Shown here piece by piece: positions 51,531-62,529 of a DNA stretch of 64,000 nucleotides (position 1 is the stretch's first letter; each line of letters begins with the position of its first letter). Source of the stretch: Lama guanicoe. Taxonomy: Eukaryota. The notes under the pieces are model-generated. The model saw only the letters and a program-made list of their open reading frames with translations. It searched no databases and was not told the DNA's origin. The stretch covers positions 12,475,175-12,539,174 of the forward strand of contig MU056000.1 in NCBI GenBank assembly GCA_013239625.1, written 5' to 3'. The position numbers and the translations under genes were made by a program.

Positions 51531-51620
51531 CTTTTTTTTTTATGTTTAATTGTGGCAAAGTACATGTAGCCTAAGACTTCCCATGTTAACCATTTTCAAG
51601 TGTACAGTTCAGGAGCATCC
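51531..51620 (-). mobile_element. Old LINE-1 3' end fragment (L1MA/MB-like)
   Basis: Poly-T, TTTAATTGTGG...TTAACCATTTTCAAGTGTACAGTTCAG. Confidence 0.65.
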
Positions 51621-51676
51621 TTCCTGAACTCTTCACTTTGTAAACGGAAGCCTCTTCAGTTTTTATACTCCGTAGA

Positions 51677-52020
51677 CATCTTTGTCCGTTGGGGCGCTGT
51701 AACAGATTACCACCGACCGAGTGCTTATAAACAACAGAAATTGCTTTCTCCCAGTTCTGCAGGATGGAACGTCCTAGACTGAAGTGCAGGCAGATCTGGT
51801 GTCTGGTGGGGACCTGCTTTGTGGTCGTGGACGGCTGGGTCCTGGCTGCGTCCTTATGTGGGAAGGGGACCAGGGAGCTGAGCGGTGCGGTCTTTTCTGG
51901 GAGGGCACTTAGCCCATCAGCCGGGGCTCCACCTGCTGGCCTGGTGACCTCCCCAAGGCCCACCTCCTCCTGCCATCACACCTGTGGGCTTAGGAGGACG
52001 CGCACATTCCGTCCGGACCA
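51677..52020 (-). mobile_element. MaLR LTR (MLT1A-like) abutting the exon 2 branch point
   Basis: GCTTATAAACAACAGAAATT...GCAGATCTGGTGTCTGGTG...CACCTCC...CCATCACA; homologous to 26401-26710. Confidence 0.85.
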
Positions 52021-52750
52021 CAAGTAACTTTTCTCGTTGTGTGTTGTGTCCCGTTGTGTTACAGAACTCCGAGATGGGAGGCAAACTGAGCAAGAAGAAG
52101 AAGGGGTACAATGTGAATGATGAGAAGGCCAAGGACAAGGACAAGAAGGCCGAAGGAGCCGGGACAGAAGAGGAGGGAACCCCCAAGGAGAACGAGACCC
52201 AGGCGGCGGCGGAGACCCCGGAGGTGAAGGAGGGCAAGGACGAGAAGCCCGAGAAGGACGCCCAGGACGCGGCCTCCAAGCCCGAAGACAAAGAAGGCGA
52301 GAAAGACACAGAGGCAGCCAAGGAAGACGCCCCGAAGGCAGAGCCCGAGCAGACGGAGGGAGGCGAGGGGAAGCCGGAGCCCCCGAAGGATGCCGAGCAG
52401 GAGCCGGCGGCCGCCTCGGGCCCCGCTGCGGGCGGCGACGCCCCCAAGGCTTCGGAGGCCGAGGAGCCCGCCGCCCCCGCCAAGGATGACAAGGGCAAGG
52501 AGGGAGGGGAACCCACAAAGACTGAGGCTCCCGCCGCTCCTGCCGCGCAGGAGACGAAAAGTGACGGGGCCCCAGCTTCAGACTCAAAACCCAGCAGCAC
52601 TGAGGCTGCCCCATCCTCCAAGGAGACCCCCGCAGCCACGGAAGCACCCAGTTCCACGCCCAAGGCCCAGGCCCCCGCAGACGAGGTCAAACCGGCCGAG
52701 GCGCCGGCAGCTAATTCGGATCAAACCGTAGCAGTCAAAGAGTAACACGG
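51700..52750. promoter_or_regulatory. Intragenic CpG-rich island over exon 2
   Basis: High GC and CpG content across the CDS and the upstream LTR relic. Confidence 0.7.
52074..52745 (+). CDS. BASP1: Brain acid-soluble protein 1 (BASP1/NAP-22/CAP-23), 223 aa, entirely within exon 2
   Basis: ATG at 52074 in good Kozak context (GAGATGG) to TAA at 52745. The translation MGGKLSKKKKGYNVNDEKAK...APAANSDQTVAVKE is the recognisable BASP1 sequence: Gly2 myristoylation motif, Ser6, polybasic KKKK, then an acidic A/E/K/P-rich disordered body with no R, C, W, F, H or I. Confidence 0.99.
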   Translation: MGGKLSKKKKGYNVNDEKAKDKDKKAEGAGTEEEGTPKENETQAAAETPEVKEGKDEKPEKDAQDAASKPEDKEGEKDTEAAKEDAPKAEPEQTEGGEGKPEPPKDAEQEPAAASGPAAGGDAPKASEAEEPAAPAKDDKGKEGGEPTKTEAPAAPAAQETKSDGAPASDSKPSSTEAAPSSKETPAATEAPSSTPKAQAPADEVKPAEAPAANSDQTVAVKE

Positions 52751-52791
52751 ACAGCCTATGGGAAAAAAGAATACCGTCTAACAGCAACCTG

Positions 52792-52827
52792 TCTCTCTGT
52801 CTCTCTCTCTCTCTGTCTCTCTCTCTC
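52792..52827 (+). repeat. (CT)n tract in the proximal 3' UTR
   Basis: TCTCTCTGTCTCTCTCTCTCTCTGTCTCTCTCTCTC. Confidence 0.9.
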
Positions 52828-53572
52828 CTATACTAACTTGTTTCAAATTGGAAGTAATGAGATGTATTGCCCAAGAAAAAGGATGATGTCCCATCGAGGG
52901 AGGGAGGGGGTGGGGAGAATCCAAATAGTATTTTTGTGGGGAAATATCTAATATACCTTCAGTCAACTCTGCCAGTCAGTTCTGGATTTTCAAGCTCAAT
53001 GTCTGAAAGTAAAGTACACCTTTTGTACCTGAACCGCTGTTCCATGCACTCTGCCACTCAGATCCCAACATCCTGCCTTCTGCAAGGGGAGTCGGAGTGT
53101 TCGATTCTGCCCGCAGGGCCTGTGCCAAGGCAATCAGATCTTTATGAGAGCAGTATTTTCTGTGTTTTCTTTTTAATTTACAGCCTTTCTTAGTTTGGTA
53201 TTTTTTTAATGTCGTGAATGAATGCCAACTTTCAGACAGCCCACTTAGCCTGTCCATATGTATCTCAAGGCCAAGACTCCATTCTTCCTCCCCAGGTATT
53301 TTTGGGAGTAACAAACATTCTCTCATCCTACTTAGCCTCCCTAGATTTTCTCATGACGAGTTAATGCATGTCCGTGGTTGGGTGCACCTGTAGTTCTGTT
53401 TATTGGTCAATGGAGATGAAAAAAAAAAAAAAAGTCTGCGTTCATTGCAGTTCCAGTTTCTCTTCCATTCCGTGTCACAGACACCAACACACCACTCATT
53501 GGAAAATGGAAAAAAAATAAAAATAAAAATAAAAAAACAAAAAAAAAGTACAATGGATGCATTGAAATTATA

Positions 53573-53618
53573 TGTAATTGTATAAATGGTGCAACAGTAA
53601 TAAAGTTAAACAATTAAA
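53573..53618 (+). terminator. BASP1: BASP1 polyadenylation signal region
   Basis: AATAAA 53599-53604 with upstream TGTA elements (53573, 53579), a second ATTAAA at 53613-53618, and a downstream GT/T-rich stretch near 53638-53650. Confidence 0.85.
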
Positions 53619-55489
53619 ATGAAGTCACGAAGACTCCTGGTTTTCTTTTACCACCACCACCCTGCCCCGCGCCCCCACCTCCCCAGTAATTACTGACAGA
53701 CAGACCTTATGTATTGGGCGTTTTCATGAATATATTTGGACAGACATATAACGCAGGAGCCTCGACCTTATCTGTTTCAAAAATTAGCTCATCGGTGTCA
53801 GTAAATCTTAGAAGAATCGAAACTAAAAACTTACTATGTATGATATACCCCATAAAAATGAGGTTGTGATGAATTTAATTAAAAGTCACAAATATTTTGA
53901 ATAAAATACATTAGAAGACAAACAATAAACAGAGTTGATCACGAAGGGCTGGAGAGGAGAGAATTCCAAGATCTTAAAAGAAACATGCCACGTATGTCAG
54001 TTGTGAAACCACTGAAGATAGTTTTGTTTTATCTGTTTATTTATCATTGTTGTGAGAGAGCCAGGCAAGGGGCCCTGAGTGTTGAGCAGTACGCTGGAGG
54101 GCAGTGACTAATCCTGTTCAGGTTTAGCATGAACGACTTGTATGGCTTTTAAGCTACATTTAAACTGCCGGGCTTCCCTGCTCTACTTACAAGAGGGTTA
54201 GGGCAAAGCCCCTTCTGAAATATTTAATAGTTTGTGTACGTGCCTGATGACGGATTTATAGGATGGATAGGTATATAGCAACAGCTGTGATGTCACCTCA
54301 TCCCTTGAAATCTCCCCCAGAGCTGAAACAGTGCTCCTCCATTCGCTCAAGTTCCGTAGATGGGGAGGGGGTTGGAGGCTGGGGGTCAGGAGCGGCTTTC
54401 GGAGCAGCCAGCCATGAGCATCAGTTCAGTAATGTAAGATGAGTTGCTTCAAATCTCTTGATGTTGATTTGGGTCTTTTCCAATTGGATATTAGCCACCA
54501 AATCTCCAATATAAACTACTTAAAAAAGAATTGAACCCTAGCCACCCCAAAATTCCTCATGATTCTATCAGTTAAGTGGAAGTTTTTTTTTTTTTTTGCA
54601 GGGATAGGGGGGTTGGATTGGATGGTAATTAACCTAGAAAATTTTCTGCAGAATTTGTGAAGGGCTAGTATACATGAATTAATTCCCAAAGGGACATGAG
54701 CGATATGGTGGATGAGGATGAACCCTATTCGGATCAAATGGGTTATGAAATAAAAAAGGAGAAAAAGTCCTCCAATTATCTTCTCAGTAGCCTAGTCTGG
54801 ACCATACCTAAGATGTCGCCAGTGGATGAAATGGGAGAAGAAAACGGTGAAACTGAATATTAGGCAAATAGACTTGTTGGGGTTAATTCATATCTATGTT
54901 CAACTTTAGGCACTTTTGGTTCTTGTTTCTATAGTGAAATAAATGTGAAATTAATGCTTGGAAGCACAACAAACAAGAAATATGTAAACACATTAACCAC
55001 CAAGCAACTGTTTTAGGTAAGGAAAAACAGCAGAGGAATGTCCAAATTATTGTGGGTGTGTCCTAGCTTATATAAAATAGCTCTGGGGGTGGGTTGGTAG
55101 CGGTGGTGGGGAAAGAACAGATTCTCTGAACCATGGAGGGCATTTAAATGGTTACTAATATTAAATACCATGCTTTTCTTGCAGATAGATGTGCTTGATG
55201 GAAGCAATATGTTATAAATTCACTGTTCATCCCCTTCTTTTAATAAAAAAATATTTCACTAGGCTTTTTGGTAATTAGAATACTCAAATCGTCCTCCTGG
55301 TGTATGTAGCGTTAATCATTATAAATTTGCCATTTAGGGCTAAGTGAAACTAAGAGGACGTTTTTCTTCATTTATTTACATTTAAATTTGTTGCCTGGGA
55401 GAATTAAAATCTGAGCTATTTTTCTCTTTTCTAACTCTAGTAGGTGTTCAAGCAACTTAAAAGTATCGGAAATGTGATCCCCCAAATAT

Positions 55490-55640
55490 GTATTTATTTA
55501 TTTGAAACATTTTTCCTTAGATTTGTTTTGAGGGGGGTAATTAAGTTTATTTATTTATTTATTTTAATGGAGGTACTGGGGATTGAACCCAGGACCTTGT
55601 GCATGCTAAGCATGTGCTCTATCCCTGAGCTATACCAGGC
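55490..55640 (-). mobile_element. tRNA-derived SINE (camelid-type)
   Basis: TAATGGAGGTACTGGGGATTGAACCCAGGACC...CTGAGCTATACC. Confidence 0.88.
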
Positions 55641-58600
55641 TCCTCACCCAAAATATTTAAATCAGAATTTTAACCTAACTGTGGCTCGTAATACTTAATT
55701 TTACCACACTAAGAAAAACTTCCTTTGAAATTGTGTAATCAGCAGCAAGTGTCTTCTATGTGGGAGTGACTGGCTCAGCCAGGAAGGAACAATGTTGGCA
55801 TCCATTTTAATTTTGGATTAACCTAGATTGCTCCCTCCTCAAGAAGGATCTTGAAGGGAAGGTAACACACAGACTTGTGCTCAGCAGGCAAGTTGTTTGG
55901 GTACTCACCACACTCAGGCGTGTTCAACATCTCCTTTACAAAGAAGAAAGGATTCCAGGGTCTAACACTTATGGAGTGTCTGTGTGCAGACGGCAAGGAG
56001 GAAACTGACAGAAATTGAAATGAACTTGTCGATGGTGACCAGCGCTGTCTGTCTACCTTGAATGTCCTGTCCAGTAGCTGACACTGCCTCTGTATTATGG
56101 GGATAGACGCAAGTCCCCAAGAGCTGAGGGGGTGACAGACATCCCATGGTGACCATACCTGGCCTCAGCCCTAAGAACAGCCCATCTTCAACCTGTCCCT
56201 GGCCACTGAGGCAGAGGCCACACATGGCCATGATCCAGGAACGCCACTTGGCCATTCTTGAAGAGTCTTCTTTCATTTGGTGCAGTCAAGACCCAGGTCC
56301 AATGTACATTAGGGAATTGGTTGTCAGCCGTCTAGTGCTGAGAAGATGTAGACATTCTTTAGCTGCCAAAGTTGGGGAAATTATTAGGTGCCAGAAGTTA
56401 TACAGTTTTTCCGATAAAGTATCCCAAAATCTTAATTTTCATGAAATGAAATACTATGGTATATTGAAACACATTATCTGCATTGAAACATTCAACATAG
56501 CAATTAACATTCACTGCCGGAGCTGCTTTGGGACACCCATCTTTTTTTGTTCCTTTACAGATATAAGGCTTAGACATACAGCAAATTTCAGTCCAGTTTC
56601 ACTTACGGAAAAAAAAATCTATTTAGGAACTTTACTATTTTGTTGTTATCCAATGTCCTGTCTCAAGAGTGATGAGGTTAATCTTCAATCTTGACTTCTA
56701 TTTTGCTTTTCCAGAGTAACGGGCGCAGTTATTTTGATCTTTATTTTTAACTAATTTGCACAAGTATGGAAATTGGATGATTGGAAGATAATTTTAAGAA
56801 TATACCAAATAGCAGTGCCACTAATATTTGTGGGATTAACCAGATGAGCTATTATATGCATCTTTATAAAAGGAAGCAAAATTTGTTTCATTTATAATTG
56901 ATACTGTTTTTGGTCAGCCAAGTAGTCCATCTTTAATCGTTTAGCTCAGGGACGGCCATTTGAGCCGGATGTTGCAATTTTTTCTTTTTTTTTTTTAACC
57001 CTTTCTGCTCATGGAAAAGTGAAAAGAGTAATACAGAGAGTTTTTTCAGAAAGGTATATCTCTTTGATTAAAAAAAAAAGATTTCTTTTCATGAGCCTAT
57101 ATGCTTCATGCCTTTTTAACAACAGAGATTTTATTAGTGTACAAAATCTAAAAGTCCAGAAACCACTGGTTTAGTACATTTCTCCCAGTTTTTCTCAGCC
57201 TTCCTTTTATTAAGAGCACTTTTCCTTGTGAAGCTGTATTCTTCCACTTGGATACATATTTAAATTCCTCGAGGGAATGTCTGTTTGAAAAAGAACTATG
57301 CTCTTGAAAAAGAATACTGAGTACAAATGTACACATTAAAGTAAATAGCAATGTCATATAGCTCTATCTCACGTACGCTTGACCTTCATATTGTCCCAAG
57401 GTCCAAATATCACATTTGTTCTCCATTTTGTTTCCTTTGAAGATGGTTTTATGTTTCCCCCGAGTTTCCCTCTGAGTCTAGGAAAATTCACTTTTAATAT
57501 CACTCATTTATAAATTAATTGGTCTTCTAGAGTGTATCCACTTGTTTTAACTCCCTCAGGTTTTCTTTTTCTCAAAGAATTGCTGATCAGGTCCATGTCC
57601 TCAACGGTCGATGACAGAACGATGGAGCGATAAGCACCAATTTAGAATCATTCAGAAAGTGTTTGTGTTTGCTCTCCTCACATATGCTTCCGCTTTTGCA
57701 TGCCCAGAATTTAAAAGCGTTAGAGAGAAAGGGTCTCAGAAGTGCCGTCTGGAGAAATTCTCATCTTCTTATGACTTTACAGGCATGTCCCCAATTTTGA
57801 GGCAGAATTTCAGGTAACAAAAGCGAAGCCCGTCAGGCTGCAGGCTTCCCTGAAGATGTGGGTGAGGAAAGGCTGCTTAAATTTCAAATGAAATTTGTTT
57901 TTGTAAACTTAACCTCAATATTCTGAGACCGTAAAAATATCTGTATCTTAAAGACTGAGTTTCAATCACTAGAAAGGCTATTGGCAACCTCACTATCTTC
58001 TGGCTTTTTAAGCTATGAGTTTATTCAAGTAGAAAATATGTTGGATCAGGGCACCGAAGACTCTTGCTTTATAATTGAATAAATCAGTCCCTGATGTCGA
58101 CTGGATTGTATTTAAGAGCCACATGGCCAGAAAGTCAGGCCCATCACGTTACTCAAAGGAAAAGGGCACCTTTTTTACCTGGAGGTAAATACATTCACTT
58201 AAGACACACTTTTGTTAACAACAAGAATGGTGAAGAAAAGTGGGGAAAAAAAAAATCTCTGAGCCCCTAAAAAGAAAGCAATCTTCTTAATGGAAGGGAA
58301 AGTCTCCATTTCGGTCCTTTACAGACAGAAACAGCCCTGTTTGGAGATTTGCTACGAGAAGGAGGGGGTGACACGTCTGATTACAACTGCCTTTTACGCA
58401 GGTTTGGGAAATTTGATCTGATAGGTGAACCCCATTAAAAGCACTGACTGGAAGAAGGTCCAATGGCAGCAGTGAACAATTTCCATCTCCCTGCCTCAGC
58501 ACAGACGTCTAAGAATAGAGCAGCCTCTCAGCCGGAACCACCCACAGCAGCCACCAAAGTCTGACTAGTATGCAAATTCCCCAGAGGGTTCTTTTTCTTC

Positions 58601-58730
58601 TTCTTTTTTCTTTTAGCTGAGGATAATAGAGACTGTATTTTGCTTGCTACCTATTCAACTGCCGTCTCTTGCAGGAGCTGAAATTGCCTTGACATTCAGA
58701 GCAAATTCTACCGGTTCAAAATAAAATACG

Positions 58731-58774
58731 CACACACACACACACACACACACACTCACTCACTCACTCACTCA
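58731..58774. repeat. Compound microsatellite (CA)12(CTCA)5
   Basis: Directly read. Confidence 0.95.
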
Positions 58775-58985
58775 AATAGTAAAACTCAACAAAACCAAAA
58801 AGAACATAATTAGAAGACCAAAAAAAAAAGAGTTGCTTACATTTCTGATGCTAGTCAGAACTTCATTATAATTTTTTACTTCCTCTCTTCTTTATTCTGT
58901 TTCCTCTGCATTTTTGTCTTTCCCATCAAGTTTTCTACTACTTTTTTTGGTCAGCTAATTAAATTCTAAAGTGATGATGTCACTG

Positions 58986-59076
58986 TCTTTCTTCCCTTTC
59001 TCCCTCCCTCTTTTCCTCCCTCTCCTCTTCTTTCCTTCCTTCCTTCCTTCTTTCCTTCCTTCCTTCCTTCCCTTCC
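58986..59076. repeat. Polypyrimidine/(TTCC)n tract
   Basis: About 90 nt of C/T only, ending in TTCC repeats. Confidence 0.9.
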
Positions 59077-60139
59077 GCCATTGAATTCACACTGACTGGG
59101 GCAAATATGTACAAGGGGCCAAAATGATAAAAATTATATACATCTTAAATATGTACTTCTTAAATACACTTTAAATGTACTTTTTTTTGGCTTTGCATAA
59201 CCCTTAATATTCCTTTGTTCTTTGTTCAGAAAGAATAATATTCTTTACTTGGAAAGTACCTGTAATTTACTTTTCTCCCCTCCCCTGCCCCACCATTTAC
59301 CTATAAGAATAACTGGGAGGCTAAGAGCAGATATGTTCAGGATAATTTGAAATGGTCTTTGATGGACACTATTTATTAAAAGAGAATTTTTAAGGTTTCA
59401 CCTCCAGAAGCTCTATTCCAGAATGCAGGGCGGTGGTTCCTAAATTTCATACCACTAGGCTATGGAAAATTTTCTTGGATATTGAAATAAAAACGTTCCA
59501 GGCACCAAACCGTGCTTCTGACTCAGTAGTTCTTATGGAAGATGGAGGAAGGGAGACGTTTCATATAGCCCTTCTTCGGGAATCCACTGAGATCATGTAA
59601 CTTTCAAAGATTTGCAAAGAGACTTGGGTTAGAATCATTTTTTGTGTATTATTCTTCGACCTTAAATAAATTACATAACATCTCTGGGGTTCACTTACCT
59701 CATTAGGAAAATAAAAGGGAAGAAGAATAATTTGCTGTGAATATTTTTAAAAAGAGCGGGAAGTAACCAGCTCTTGATATATACTCAGTGAACCACAACA
59801 GAGGCTTCTGTTCCAAAAACAAACAAACAAAAAAACAAAACAGAACAGCGATTGTAATCTCTAGCCTGTCTATTCCACTTAAATTGTGAAAGAAAATATA
59901 ATGGGAAGACATACCTTAATGTTTCCTTGGAAATGCAAAGGCAATGAGTATGGAATTGAGACCCAAGTTATCCCAGACAAGATAGCCCAGTTTGTAGGAA
60001 AAAAACAAAACACACATGCAATGTATGGGAATCATTTTTGGAGGAGATCAAAATTCAAGATGGTTTTCCTGAGAATATTCAAATGAGATAACTAAGATAT
60101 GATTCAAGGAGGGAGAATGAATTGCCTTTGTGGATGGCA

Positions 60140-60310
60140 GGTGAAGATCTTGGAATCCTACCTCTTTTGTTTAGTTAGCTCTGCGACCTGGGGACAGATT
60201 TCACTTCTTGGAGCCTCAATATACTAATCTGAAAACTAGAGAATGTGCCTGTCTTGGGGGTTTGTGGAGAGCATCAAAGGTTGTGTTTAGCACAGTACCT
60301 AGTATACAAG
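60140..60310 (+). mobile_element. MIR SINE fragment (5' of the MER41-like LTR)
   Basis: TTAGCTCTGCGACCTGGGG...GAGCCTCAAT...ATCTGAAAA...TTAGCACAGTACCT. Confidence 0.65.
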
Positions 60311-60922
60311 TGTCACCAAGGCTGTTGTCCCAGAATGATACCCCTGCCCCTCCTTTGGATGGAAGCCAATTACGCTTATCTAAGTTTCAGGAAGAAGCTG
60401 CAAAGATTAAAAAAACAAGAACTAGTTAGAACCAAATAGGCCCAAGATGGCAGAAGATTTGACTTCCAGGAGACTTTGAGCATCATTGTACACTCATTGC
60501 ATTACATTAGCATGCAAAAGACACACCCACCAGTGCCATGACAGTTGACAATTGCCATGACAACAACTAGAAATGCCCACACAAGGACTGAAAGGAAGTG
60601 TTGCCTCAGTTCCAGGTCCAAACCAGACCCCCATTCTCGGATAAATCTGAATTTCCTTCTCACACCCCAATTCCCTCCCTTTTACCTCAACCTTACTAAA
60701 TACTCAGTGTCTCCACCTGAATTAGTTTGAGAAGCTGATTTTCAAACTAGATTCCAGCTTCTCCATTCTTTGGTTGTTGAATAAAGCCTATGCTGTTCCA
60801 GCCTCAGCATTGGTTTCATCATTGTCTGCGTGAATCTAGTTGGAAAAAGAACCTGGCCAAGACAAGGGTTCTCAGCCCGGGCTAGGACTCCTGGCCAAGT
60901 CCAGTTGACCAATTCGATAACT
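60311..60922 (+). mobile_element. MER41-like ERV1 solo LTR interrupting a MIR
   Basis: ATTAGCATGCAAAAGACACACCCACCAGTGCCATGACAGTT..CAATTGCCATGACAAC is the MER41-family signature; TG start at 60311; AATAAA 60780-60785; MIR sequence on both sides. Confidence 0.78.
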
Positions 60923-61244
60923 TACGTACTCATTGAATGGATGCACTGTGCATATGATGTGCATTTCCCTGCAAACAAGTGAATAGTCAAGACGGAGGCA
61001 AATCATCTTTCCTGCACCCTGATTTTTATGATCAGTTTCTCTTTTAAAGAAAAATCCTATGTTATAGATTAATTCTGGTTTGATCTTTATTCATTCTGTA
61101 TGTATAACATTCCACTGATGTCAGCTCTCCTAGGGTGTTCTTCATTGCTTCATTCATTGATTTACTGAATATTTATGAAGCAATTACTATCTGCCAGGCA
61201 TCATATTCCTGCAAATGTTAGGAATACAATGATCATGAAAACAG

Positions 61245-62475
61245 AGTCCAGAACTTTCCCCTCAACTCTGGACTCCAAAATACAACTTTCCTCTTGAACC
61301 TTCTACTTGGACATCTTACAGGTGTCTCAAAGGCCACATATCCCAAAGTGAACTTCTAATCTTTACTCCCAGTCTTGCTCCTTCAGGCTTCTTTGGCTCA
61401 GCTAATGGTAACTCTATCTTCCAGATACAACAAATCAGTGATTTCATCCTTGACTCATTTCTTTTTCTCATACTCAGTATCCCACATGTCAGAAAATTCT
61501 TTTGAGTCTATACATCTGCTACAACCAGGATCCAACCACTGTTGTCACCCTGGCCCAGGTCACCTGAGTCTCTTATTCAGATTATTGCGAGGACCTTCTC
61601 ACCAAGTGCTCTGTTCTTGTCTCAACCCTCTGACACTTGTCTCACCAGAGCAGCCAGAATGGCCCTGGTGAAACGTAAGTGAGACCATGTCATTCTTCAG
61701 CTCAAAACCTTCAGCTGACTCTCGGTGTCACCCAGAGGGAACGACAATGTCTTAACCAGACTAGACAGGCAGAGGGAACGGTAACCCACTAGATCCTACA
61801 GGCAGACCAGCTGTGTAATTTACAACAGGCAGACCAGCTGTGTAATTTGCAAGTCCTTGTCCAAAAATGTTTAGGAATTTCAAGACAGTCAGAGTATTAA
61901 AGTAGGTCTGTGGTTATTCTGAGTGTAGTGTCCTGTGTGTCGGCCCGGGTGACATGCCCATGAACCAGGCCTTGCCTATAGGTTCTCCTAGGGTCTCCCT
62001 TCTGCCCTTCCCTCCAGAAGCTCCAGTTTTATTGTCTTTCATTCCTTCCACTCAACCAGGCTGGCTTCTTGGCTGTTCCTTCAGTGGGACCATCCCAGGC
62101 ACCCTGTTGATTTCAGGTCTTTAAGCGTGATAGTCCCTCTGCCCAGGTGTTCTCCAAACCCCCTCACCTCCCTCACAACTTTGCTCAGATGTCGCATTCT
62201 CAGTGAGATCTCCTTGACCATCCTGTTTTAAATTTCAACCCACCATCTACCCACCCTCCCCAACATACCTTGCTTTTTCCCCATTCCCCAATTCTTTCCT
62301 CCACAGTGCTAATTATCCATGGATGATACATTTTTCTTAAATAATTTGCTTATTCTGTCTCCCGCCACAAGAATATAAGCTCCATAAGGCTGAGCTTTTT
62401 GTTGTTGTTGTTGTTGTTCAATGCTGTACCTCTAGAACTTAGGACAGAGTAGAAAGTCAATAAATATTATTGAGA
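61245..62475 (+). mobile_element. L2 3' portion
   Basis: ACTTGGACATC..ACAGG.GTCTCAAA...CCAGAGCAGCCAGAATG...CATGTCA.TCTTCAGCTCAAAACC...AGAATATAAGCTCCAT...TCAATAAATATT. Confidence 0.8.
61803..61974 (-). mobile_element. MER53-like hAT MITE inserted in L2
   Basis: GAATTTCAAGAC...CATGCCCATGAACCAGGCCTTG; 8-bp TSD CCTACAGG (61795) / CCTATAGG (61975). Confidence 0.78.
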
Positions 62476-62529
62476 GGGATGAAAAAGTTAGTGGTTGAAG
62501 AGGTAAAAATTAAACATAATCTTCCAACA

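Larger units (their letters stand above)
1410..52064 (+). other. BASP1: BASP1 intron 1 (50,655 bp, GT-AG)
   Basis: Donor GTAAGG at 1410; acceptor TTACAG ending 52064, 9 nt upstream of the ATG; candidate branch point GTAAC (A at 52027). Confidence 0.9.
52746..53625 (+). other. BASP1: BASP1 3' UTR (end approximate)
   Basis: Follows the TAA. Contains a CT repeat, a G-tract cluster and U-rich elements, and ends after AATAAA 53599-53604. Confidence 0.85.

Noticed and set aside
51984..52073. 30-aa genomic N-terminal extension of the BASP1 ORF in the ORF track
   Set aside because: Starts at a GTG inside the LTR relic and crosses the branch point and acceptor. It is intronic and would block Gly2 myristoylation.
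51917..52690. 257-aa and 223-aa minus-strand ORFs over BASP1
   Set aside because: Shadow ORFs expected from a GC-rich, low-complexity CDS; non-ATG starts and no recognisable domain.
52390..52731. 113-aa Arg/Pro-rich alternative-frame ORF inside BASP1
   Set aside because: Lies downstream of several ATGs including the strong main start; its composition follows from BASP1 codon usage.
52738..52757. REST/RE1-like CACGGACAGC at the stop codon
   Set aside because: Only the right half-site matches; TCAGCACC is absent.
56146..56694. 182-aa ATG-initiated intergenic ORF
   Set aside because: No recognisable domain, promoter or splice structure; composition looks like random non-coding sequence. A homology search could overturn this.
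61798..61851. Direct repeats as a possible CRISPR-like array (also 35842 and 43922)
   Set aside because: Only two adjacent copies, no unique spacers of repeat-like length, no cas genes, mammalian context.
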